The notes under the pieces were generated by a model. The model was not told where the DNA came from. It made no database searches and saw nothing but the letters and a program-made list of their open reading frames with translations. 64,000 nt of DNA. Origin: Vitrella brassicaformis CCMP3155. Taxonomy: Eukaryota; Protista; Chromerida. The stretch is from the NCBI GenBank assembly GCA_001179505.1, contig CDMY01000246.1, positions 62,001 through 126,000 on the forward strand, written 5' to 3'. This document shows, piece after piece, positions 37,484 to 48,069 of this stretch (position 1 is its first letter; each line of letters begins with the position of its first letter). Position numbers and translations under genes: made by a program.

Positions 37484-39308
37484 TCAAAGGCACATGTGTT
37501 GTCTTCTCCAGTCTGCCAACCCCTCACACACAGGCCTTAGAGCGTCAGAAGCCTTCTCATACACACACATCAGCTCACAAAACGCCCCCGCTTCACTCAC
37601 ACACGGCTCATAAGTCACACCATCTGCCAGGCCCTGTGTCTCCGCCATGGCCGCGCCAGCCAGCCCAACCAGCGAAGGCTCACAGGGCACCATCACACTC
37701 CTGTTGAGAGCGGTGCTGAGTGTCTGGGCGAGAAGAGAAGAGTTGGCGCATCCCCCAACCACCACAACCGGCTGAGATGAAGACACATCCACAACCGATG
37801 GCATGTACTTCTCGAGGTGTCGAATCAGCCGGGCTGCCTGGAACGCCACGCCCTCGTGGACGGCGCGGCAGAGGTCGGCAGGCGAGGTCGATGCCGTCAC
37901 CCCGATAAACGCGCCGGATGCATTTGGACCTGCCCACACAGACATCAAGAGATACCTCCACGGCATCCAAGCAGCGAAAATACCCATGGTTCCGCACTTA
38001 CAGTTGTCAGGCGATCTCTCCCCCTTGAGGTGCGGCAACCAGAGCACGCCTCCGCCACCAACTCGACCCTCAGACGCCATAGCCTCCATCCCTTTCCCCA
38101 CGCCGGCTCCGATCTGCAGGCCCTCCAGCCACTCAAAGTTGCCTCCAGCCGTCAGCATTGGCGCAGCAAGGACAACACGGGAGGGATCATAGTGATACGC
38201 CAACGTGAAGATCCCCTCAGTGGCCGCAGGTGGGGACGAGCCAGGGGGTAGCAGGGTGGCTGCCCAGCCAGATGTGCCGAGGTAGAGATAGGTGGGACAG
38301 ACAGACGCCGGCTGTGTGTTGGAGGTGGGGGTGGGGGCGAAGGAGAGGGCGCCGTGGGTGATGGAGGCGACGTCTCCACCGGCGTGATAGACTTGAGCGC
38401 CTCGGATCCATTGCAGCACTCTGTCAGCGCCATCCACATTGGCGACACTCTTCCCTCCCACCGTCACAGCGCCAACCACCTCCCCTGCTGCCGCAATCCG
38501 AGGCAGCGCCTCAACCAACCCTTCAGCCACACCAGTCCTCAGCAGAACCTCCTTCGCCCACAAGGCTTCCCCTCCGGCGTCATTCTGCCCCCTCCACACC
38601 TTCTCCATCTCATGAACGCTCAGCAGTCCAGTAGTTGACGCGTTGGTCACGTCCGTCACGCACTCGCCCGTCAGCCAGTGGATGAGATAGTCGGCTGCGC
38701 CGAGCAGGACTTGTCGGCATTGTCTAGCTGCGTCGGGATGGTGCTTCATGACCCAGAGCAGCTTTGCGGGGAGGGACGATGGCCCCTTGAAGGATAGCAA
38801 GGTGGACGAAAGGTCAGGAGGGATGGATGCCGCCTCGTCGATGGCGCGGCTGTCGCTGTAGAGCAGGCAGGGAGCGATGGGGAGCAGGCCGAGAGCCGCA
38901 TCTCCATCTGTGTGGCCGAGCATCATCACTGAACAGAGAGAGGAAAGGACACACACAATGAGTGCGCTCATGGCCCTGTTGGGTGTGCCTTGCTGACGTG
39001 TTTGCATGAGTCCGCTGACGCAGATCTTGGTCGGCTTGCAGTGCGGCTCTTGTGTCATGATGGCATCCAGCCCCTTGACGACCATCTCAGCCCAGCAGCT
39101 GGGGTCCACTTCGCCCTGCGCCATCTTTGTCCGGCACGATGGCGGATAGCGCTGCGTGCTCGTTGCGATGATGGACACTCTCGATGCCTAATCAGCAAGC
39201 AAACTGAGGGAGAAGGCAACTGCAAGGAGAGGGGGTCGCGCTGCTTACCTCGTCTGTGTTTATGAGTGCCACTTTCACGCTCGTCGAGCCAAGATCTACA
39301 CACAGCAT
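37484..39308 (-). CDS. FGGY-family carbohydrate kinase (xylulokinase-like)
   Basis: MLCVDLGSTSVKVALINTDE|ASRVSIIATSTQRYP, VDPSCW, SGLMQT-LMML, LLYSDSRA, LPAKLLW, GAADYLIHWLTGECVTDVTNASTTGL, GGDVAS, YLGTSGW, WLPHLKGERSP, AVHEGVAF and VVGGCANS. Confidence 0.9.
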
Positions 39309-39410
39309 GATGAGCTCTGACGATGAGGATCAACCGCGGATCTGGAGGAGGAGCTTCTCGAGCTCGCGTCTGATCCGGGCCGAATTCAGAGCGTGAGAAT
39401 AGCCGACAGG

Positions 39411-42134
39411 ATGAGGGACAGGGACAGATCTCTAGAAGACGTCCGGGAGCCCGAGCGCGTCGAACCCGTCACCACCATCGTCCTCAACTGCTGCAACCTT
39501 GGTCAGCTGATGAGATGAGATCCACAGATTTGGATGGATGAGGACGCCCAGTGGTATGGTGTGTGTATGCGTCTGCCGGTCTGTGCGTCAGGTCGCGACT
39601 ATGCCTTCTCCAAGTTGAGTGCGAGCCCTCCGCCTACGAATTTCGACTGGAACGGCGTGCGGAAGGCTTTGGAGTACTACGACAGCCGCAAGAAGAAGGC
39701 CAAGATCATGGGCATCGTCACCCACCGCATTCTCAGAGACCACCCTGTGAGGTGCCAGCCAGATACGATGGATGGATGGATGGATGTGTGAAAAGAATCT
39801 GTGTGTGTGTTGTTGTTGTGTTGTGCAGCTGCCGAAGGACCTGCTTCAGAGGAAGTTCATTCGTGCCGAGTGGAGCGACGCGCCGACGAGAGATCTGCCG
39901 GATGTGGACATGACGAGCACACTGAGGACTGGTGAGGCTCGGTGCGGGAAGACGCACAGAAAGAAATCCCTCTCGCTCACCGTGTGTTGTGTGTGATCAG
40001 CACAGGAGCACGACGCTCAATTCGTGTGCAACGACGAGTACCTCTGCTGGGAGGAAGACCCACCCAACGACATCAGGAAGTTCATCATTGGGTCAGCACG
40101 CCTCCACACAAACGCACCTCCACACACTCGTGTCGCTATACCGTTTGTTTGTGTGTGTGCTTGTGCTGCCGACATCTGTCTGATTCATGTCAGCAAGGGT
40201 GCGTCCCACCAGGTTCAGTATTTGTTTCTGCCGAGCGGTCACTTCATGCCCAGCCAAATCCCGTGGCCTGAGGGGCCGCCCAACCCGCCGCCACACCTGC
40301 CCAACAGAACCGCTAGAGGCGCACACACATACCGACAGGTGAGCAGGTGGGGTGGGTGGCAAGGGTGGTGGAGAGTGGATGGGTGTGTATGTGTGTGTTG
40401 TGTGTGTGTTGTGTGTGGTGCAGTGTTTCATGACGCGTGACCGTTTGTCGACCATGCTGCGCGATGCCCAAGTGAGCCTCAGCAAGGCCGACGAGGAGCA
40501 ACTTCTGCAGAAACTCAACAACATAGAGGTGAGGCCACCCAGCCACAACCCCTCTACACACACACACACACACACACACATACACACACTGCTGGCACGA
40601 GTGTGCTGTGTGCTGTGCGTTGTATGGGTCAGATGGATTTGATGATCGACCCCAACACCGACCCCCGCCCGACGTTGTCCAAGAACGTGGCCGCCACCGT
40701 GTACGAGCGGGCCCTCGAGTCGGGCGTCGGTGATGTAGAACCGGTGGGTTCCTTCAACGCACCCAACACGACGCCACAGCACACCCCTTTGAATCTGTGT
40801 GTTATGTTCGTTGTGTGTGGCAGTTAGAGTGCGTGGCGTTTCTGCTGCACTCGCAGGCCATAGTGCAGCACATCTACATGGACGTAAGGACGGACGGATA
40901 CACAGACATACATATATACGCGCAGCGAGGCAGCCGACAGGCCAAAGGAAGAAATGACGTGTGGTGTGGTATGGTCCGTGGTCTGCTGTGTGTGTGGTGT
41001 GCAGGTGTATGCGGAGGTGACAGTGCGGCTGGCGGAGTACTTCGACTCCAAAATGAGCTCCAAAAACTTCGCAAAGTATAGGCATTTAGGGAGGGTGGCT
41101 CACACGCAGCCATCCATCCATCCATGCATCCATCGGGCATGCACATATGTGTGGTGTGGTGTGTGTGGTCAGGTTGGTGGTGCGTCAGTGCGAGCAGTGT
41201 TTCGAGGAGGAGGGCATCAAGGGCGCCCTCTGCGTTAGCGGAATGAGTACACGCACACACACTGACCCACACACAACAGTACAGTACAATGCCACAGACA
41301 CATCTTCTGTCTGTCTGTTCCTCTCTCTGATCAGACGACCGCAGCACCCCCACGTGTTTCAACTTCGTCCGACGCCTGCTCGGCACACTCAAACTGCTCG
41401 GTCGGGCCGGTGCACACACCACACACAACACATGACACGTGTCCGTCCAGTCCATGGTCACTCGTCATTTTCGTCGAATGCATTTCGTCTGTCGCTGCTG
41501 AATGAATGTGTTGATTCGTTCGTTCGTTCGTTCAGGTCGTCTGATAGCGAATGGTGTGTGTCAGCAGCCGTCCGTCGTCTTCGACATCGCCCGGAGCGTC
41601 CAGACCGTCGGAGGCGAAAACTGGAAGGCCGAATGGCACCTGGTCCGGGGGATGTGATGTGCACAGGCAGACAGACAGAGGATGCTCACACGGTGGTGGT
41701 GTGTTCTTCTAATTTGCAGGAGGGTTTGTGTGCGTTGCTGGCCTCCGTGACCTCCATGCTGGCCAAGGACGTACGCAGCGTACAACGACCCTCTTTATCT
41801 CGTGTGATTCAGCTGATGTGTGTATGTGTGTGTGGTGTGTGTTTCCCTTGGCAGCCTGTTCGCGTGAAGGATTTGGACGAGGTCTACAACAAGCTGACGC
41901 AGCTGAGCAACAGCATCGACAGGAAGCGCAAACAACACATCAAAGACCTCATCAAAGTCACTCACCGACACACACGCGCACCATGATCGATATGCATCTC
42001 TGTATGTGTGGGTGCAGGTCGTCCGCGACATCCGTGCCAGCTGCGCCAAGGCCACCCCCGCGCAGGCGTCCGATAGCCCAGGCGCCTCACCAGCTGCAGC
42101 GTCGTCAAGTGCGGCGCGTGTGCCCTCCCAGTGA
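39411..42134 (+). CDS. Fusion protein: Regnase/Zc3h12a-type PIN (NYN) domain + eIF4G-type MIF4G domain
   Basis: PIN: TTIVLNCCNL|GRDY...FDWNGVRKALEYYDSR...DVDMTSTLRT|AQEHDAQFVCNDEY...DIRKFII|G...[12 protein letters not shown]. MIF4G: AATVYERALES...P|VYAEVTVRLAEY...NFAK|LVVRQCEQCFEEE...RRLLGTLKLL|GRLI...EGLCALLASV...DEVYNKLTQL...HIKDLIK|VVRD. Stop at 42132-42134. Start is uncertain (39411, or 39307 via a frameshift). Confidence 0.8.
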
Positions 42135-42375
42135 CTGACCGACCGAAGCGTCGCTATAGCATAGTGTAGTCGAATGAATGACTGTATGTAGAGAAGCCCG
42201 CCTAGGCCCGCCACACACTGACGGGTGGTTGGTGACCAGTGCTTTCCTGGGTGGCTATGTGTGTGAATAGGGGAGGGAGAGAGCGGCGCATGTGTGCGAG
42301 TGAGTGTGTACGGTCCTTCACGATGGCGTGTGAGTTTACGATTGGCGGAGTTTCTTTGCGCCAATCGTCATCGCA

Positions 42376-43790
42376 ATGTTTTCAGGACTTCATAGCAATG
42401 TTTTTGGCCAGGCTCGCCCGTCGCCTCAGCCGCGGGCGCTGCTCGAAGACGCTCTTCTCTTTGCCCGCGCTGCTCGCAACCCCGCCGCACCTGTGCTTCG
42501 TCCCATCCCTGAGGACCTTCCGGCTCCTCCTCGGAGCCCTGCCCGTCCGGCCGCTCCCCGCCGTGCTCGCAACTCTCCTGTGCCGGTGCGTTTCCCCAGT
42601 GTCGACGCCAACCTCATCGCAGTGCTTGACAGAGGTGAGTGACCAACGACACAGACGATAACTCGTGACACAAAAATCATCTGTTTGCCTGTCTGGTGGA
42701 AACAGTGCCTGACGAGGAGTTTGCCGATGACGTGCCTCGGTGCCCGCTGACGCTCACCGTGCCGCGGACACCCGTGACCACACCGTCAGGTCACGCAACG
42801 AACACCAAACGCTCAAGCAAACGCTCATCTTCTTGTGATTGTCTTCTGTGATGCGCACCATTATGCAGGCAACTGCTACGACCTGTCCCCTCTTCGCAAG
42901 CACATCCGCACCAACGCTCCCTACGCCAAGTCGCCCATGACGCGACAGCTGCTGCGCGAAGAGGATCTGCGTCCGGACCGCTCCGCCCTGCACCACATCG
43001 AAAGATGCGCCAAGAAGGTAGCTGCCTGCCAGCATACACGCCCACACACACGGAACATCCGGACGGGCAAGTTTGTTTGTGTGTAGATTTGGGATGACCA
43101 GCAGGCGGCGATTCAGCAGGCCAGTGAGAGTGCATCGGCGGCGGCGGCGGCGGCGGCGTCCTCAAACGCACACGATGACAACGAGACTGACCAGACCAGC
43201 AATAGTACGCACGTACCAACAGATGCATCATGGACCTTTGTGTCATGGTGCTGTGGTGCTGTGCTGTGTTGTGTTGTGTTGTATCGTGTAGGCATGACTC
43301 TTGTGAAGGAGCTGTGGGGGCGCTACAAGCATAAGATCACCATGACACACAATGACCTGACACCGACACCCAAACTCATCGATGCGGTGAAAACACCATC
43401 ACAGCACAACACAGCACAACACAACGCATGCCTCTGCGCGCCTCTCCGTCTGTGTGTATGCTGTTCAGTTCCTGACCGACAAGCACACAGACACAATGGA
43501 TGTGCTCGAGTGGCACAAGGAGCAGATCAAGAAGCAGTCCAAGAAACACGTAAGGACCCCCACACACACCAACACCACATCACACCAATGTGTGTGTCCA
43601 CTTGTATCAGCTCAAGGAGATTCATGACGTCGTGTCGCATTCTTTCGAGAAGGAGATGGTCGCGTGGCTCAATAGCTACAGTCGCACAACCCAGCAGGCC
43701 GGCTACACCAAACGACGATCCCTCACAGGCTTCCACCCCACACTCATCCGTGATGCTGTCTCGGCCATTCTCAAGGAGGCGCTCAAGTGA
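42376..43790 (+). CDS. U-box domain protein (putative E3 ubiquitin ligase)
   Basis: Spliced VPDEEFADDVPRCPLTLTVPRTPVTTPS|GNCYDLSPLRKHIRTNAPYAKSPMTRQLLREEDLRP fits the U-box consensus (CPIT...PV.TPSG..YD...I..H...P.TRQ.L...DL.P). Helical C-terminus ends ILKEALK-TGA. Confidence 0.8.
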
Positions 43791-44859
43791 CCACACCACC
43801 AACCCCCCACGACACAGACCCATCAAGTGAGCAACGGAGCGCACAAGGGAGGGATGTGGGTCATGCGCCTGCTGTGCTGCCATTCAGGTGTCGATGTATC
43901 ATGTGGTCGTGAATTCAGTGGAAGTGGCTGGCACATGTCCTTCCATGTGTGTGTGTGGTGCATGCCATGGATGGGTGAGAGATTCCAAGAAAGAGAGACA
44001 GACAGAGAAACAGAAGAGACAGACAGCAATTCCGACAGACCGGAAAGCAGGCAGTAATTCACACATGCAGACACAGCACAGCCTGTGTGTGCCTTCTCTC
44101 GCCCTCCATGTACCGACAGACGTGTGTGTGTATGTCTGAATGCGTGTCTACATGTTTGTGTATGGCAGTGGACATCGCTTCCATGATGAAAGAGTACTTA
44201 CGTCTGTCCAGTTCGTTCTCATGAATGCGGCAAGCCACTCAACATCAGCCTTCCATTTGTTTTGCACTTGGTCCAGCCTCCCACACAGCGACCCAGCCAC
44301 CACGCAGCACGCACCTTGCCGGCGACACCGTCCCGTCTTCCTATCCTTCTACACCAGCGGCACATAGCGCTGGACAAACGCACACAAAGCAATGGCATGC
44401 AGCAAATGTCTGGCTGCACGCCGACTAGCTGTATGGCTCACCACTCCGAATATCTTTTTCTGTCTGGTGTGTCCGCTGGCGTCCTTGGTGACCTCATACA
44501 GGTCCTGCGGGCCTCCCTCTGGACCCAAAGGGATCATCATGGAAGTGTCTCATCCGCCCGCCATCGATATCCGATCCCTCAGACACACTCACCCTCAAAA
44601 AGGGCCGGTCGCCGATGCGTCGTTAGGGGTTAGCTGAGCACTTCAGCGCTCCCCCTGCCCACCTGCAATGGGAAAAAGCCTCCCAGCAGGATCGGCAAAC
44701 CCTGCGAGCTTAGACGTCGCAAAGAGGGGCCTCACCGCCGAGTCTTCCCATCTGCAATCCCGAGATGGAGGGTCATGCGACTCATCGCAGGGGTTTGATT
44801 GCTGCCGCCTTTGCTGTCTGATAGCTTTGTCGCTGGTTCTCCGCCACCAGCTCATCTGG

Positions 44860-47511
44860 ATGGACGTCAATCAGGTGAGTTCAGACACACGAGCACAGAA
44901 GAGAGAACTCACGCGGAGAAAGGGCGCCACCACGCTTTTGGTTTCTCTGCGTTCAGTTTGTTGCGAATGCCCGTTCCGTGAAGGACAGCCTGGTGCTGCT
45001 CCTCGACCAAGATCCCGCCACCGTCGCCGCACAGGTGGGTTGCACTGACTGGCTGAGTAAACATTGACGAGGAGCCGCTCACTGTGTCCTTGATTGATGC
45101 AGGCGTCGTCGCCCGAGGCATGGCTTGAATCATCAGCTGGGCTCGATAGCCCCACTGCTGAGCACCCTCACGACCCGGCTCCAGCAGGGAGGGCCCACCC
45201 TCACCAGTGCTGTAGTTGTAGATGCACCCACGTCGACCACAGAGGCCGCTGCTGCAACGGGAGCCGCACACACAGAGCCACGGGTGGGGAGAGTTGGGGT
45301 GCGTGGCCGTCCGTCCGTGGTCATCTGTGCAGGGATCCGCCCTCTGCGTTGCGGGTGTCGTGTTGTATTGTTGCATTGCAGGCGCCTGTGAACACTGGTG
45401 GCCCATCGTTTCGTCGCATCCATACCACCGGCAACCCTCCACCGGTCAACGTTAACCAAGGACCGGTAAGGGCCACGCACAAGAATGAGTGTGATGCAAT
45501 CAGCTCATGGCGTGTTGCCGTCCTGTTGGTTGTCACTTCAGGCTCGTCGTCGTCTCTCGCGTGACGAATTGGCGAATGTGTTCGGCCACCTGCAGCCCTG
45601 GGAGCTGACGCGACACCGCCGGCCCCCTCGGCACGACCCTCGTCCATCAGTCGGCAGCCAACTACACCAAACTGGTCATCGACTGCAATAAGGGCGACAA
45701 GGCGCGGCCCATGTGGGAAGCCATTCCACTGGCCGTGGCGCACAGGTGGGGCAAGAGGGCGACCAACGTGCGAGAGATCAAGCACCGCCATCCTGAGATG
45801 CGATGGGCTTGGTGTCGCGGGACCTGGGTGGCCTTAGTGGAGGGACACACCATCGGCCGGGCGGCCATAGCAGACAAGAAACGACGAGAGACAGCTGCTG
45901 CCGCGGCAGCTCAAGATGATGATGGCAGCTGGTCGGCCGACGAGGGCACGTTGGAGGTGCTGTCCTTCGAGGCCGTCGAGCTCGGTTCCAGCATTCGCAT
46001 CCCCTACCCTCCCCCCTCATCTGATCTGCCCGCCGCCCCCTCCGCCCCCGTCAACCTGCCCGCACTCAAGACCGTCGACAACATACCCAGCGAGTGCCTG
46101 GCTGCTCGCGTGGGGCGCCAGTGGCGGACACCTGCCGTGAAGACGCTCATCACTCGAGGCTATTTCAGTGCGTCAGAGGAGGCTGTGAAGGCGTGGGTGG
46201 TCGACTGTGAGGCCATTGAGGTGCTCGACCCCGCCATTTTGGGCGCCGCCGATGCGGCGGATGTGCTGAGTGCGCTGCCCGCTCACGGGAAGTCGCTCGG
46301 GTCACTTCGCACACTGCGAGGCGTCTGGATCGGTAGCAGCTCCGCCGACATCGACCGACTGCGTGAGGTGTTGGTGGCGAGGGGGGTCAAGCGGTGGATC
46401 AGCGAGCTCAAGATCGACATGGGTGGCCATCTGGGGAACACAGACGAGGAATGGGAGAGACTGCAGAAGACCGCACAGCTCGTGTGAGGACAGATAAGAA
46501 GGGAGAGGGGTTCAACCCCAGATGTGCTCGTCTTTTCGTGGTGCATTTCTGCAGTGACGCTGTGGCGCATCGTGAGGCGTTGTCGAGGCGCATTGTGGGC
46601 AACATCATTTGGCGTGGATCCATCGACCTGGAGCTCATCTCCCGCACCAGCAGCAGCGGCACTCCCCTTATGCAGCGGATCATTGACAACTACGCCAAGG
46701 GAGCCCACGTCGTCGCCTACAGCGGAGGTGACGAGGCCATCCCTGCAGCCATCACCGACGACTCATTCCCAGCCGCCCACACCCTGCAGCTGCTGGACGA
46801 TGCCCTCGACGATGAGGCCAAGAAGGAGCGCGCCCTCAATATCGCCTCACACATGCCCAGCCTATCGTGTATCAAGACAGGAGACGGCGAGGTCGGGGAG
46901 GTGATGGACGCACCCGTCCGTGAGGTCTGGCGCTTTCTCGAGTGGCTGCAGGAGGCGCTGGTCAGCAAGGGGAGGGAGAGGAGCCTGACGCTGGAGATCG
47001 TCGTGTCGGCCGCCGACTTCACAGCACCCCTCAGCGGTGGCCGAAGCCCGGCGCTGTGGGGTCAGGGCAGTAACGCCAAACGGCCGCCGATCGAGAAAGT
47101 GTCCGTCTCTATTGATGGTGAGCGGTGACGGGAATAAGCAGGGACAGCCGTTGGCCGCGTCGTCGGTGCATGGCGATCATGTTTGTGCACTGTGTTCGTG
47201 TTCAATTTACCGCAGGCGATGTAGCGGATGACGAGTTGGAGAGATGGTACCAGCACGTGATGGCCTCGCTCAACTCATTCAACCACAAGCTCAAGGTGCG
47301 ACGCGCACCACCCACACACACAGATGACTCACTGCCGGACAATGAATGACAGGGCCACAAGAGGACCACTGTGTGCTTTGAGGACGACGCCGTGCGCACC
47401 TACTTCGAGCAGCGTTTCCTGGCTGAGCTGGCCGGACTCAACCTCAATGGCGGCCCGTACGAGTTCAGCTTCTCCGATTTCTCGCTGGTTGTTGAGCGGC
47501 TGGACACATAG
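44860..47511 (+). pseudogene. Lineage-specific coiled-coil + F-box-like + LRR-like protein, copy 4 (frameshifted)
   Basis: ATG GAC GTC AAT CAG|gtgagt (MDVNQ, cf. MDA/MDANE). ARRRLSRDELANVFGHLQPWELTRHRRP, then an extra C in the C5 run at 45623-45627 shifts the frame. Downstream exons are open and end VVERLDT-TAG (47509-47511). Confidence 0.75.
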
Positions 47512-48069
47512 GTAAGACGCAAAGCGTTTGCACGCCGCCGAAGTGCCTTGAGCGTCTGTCAGCCTGTGTGTGCTGTACTGTGCTGCGTCAGGTCGGCACA
47601 GAAGCATGACACGACACCGGTAGCTGGCCGTTGATGGGCGGATGGATGGATGGAGGGATGGCTGCTGCCGTGAGTGAGCAGCTTGATGGCGTGTACAGGC
47701 GGTGGACAGACAGTTAGGCACCTAGATCGACGGCTGGATGGAGGGGTACTTTACTCAGCCATCGCTTATGCCCACCACGGCCAAGACATGACAGGGCGGT
47801 CGGTGATTCTGCATGTGTAGCTACTTGTTTCCTTGCTCGATGCGTGCGTGCATTGCTGTTGGTGTCCATGACCTACCTGCCGCCTCACTGTTGTGTGAAT
47901 GAAAATGCATGCGTCTGTGCCTTCCCAAATCAAGGCGAGTCAGGGCCATGCAGGAAAGCGTGTTAGGTATTGCAATCCATTGGTCGTTAATGTACACACA
48001 CTGCACGTCACCCTGGTCCCTCACACCTCTCACACCACACCAGTCAATCACCACATCGCCCCCTATCAA

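Noticed and set aside
37484-39178. 564-aa xylulokinase ORF as an intronless, recently transferred bacterial gene
   Set aside because: It contains at least three GT-AG introns (two read through in frame), and codon style matches its neighbours. HGT cannot be judged without a phylogeny.
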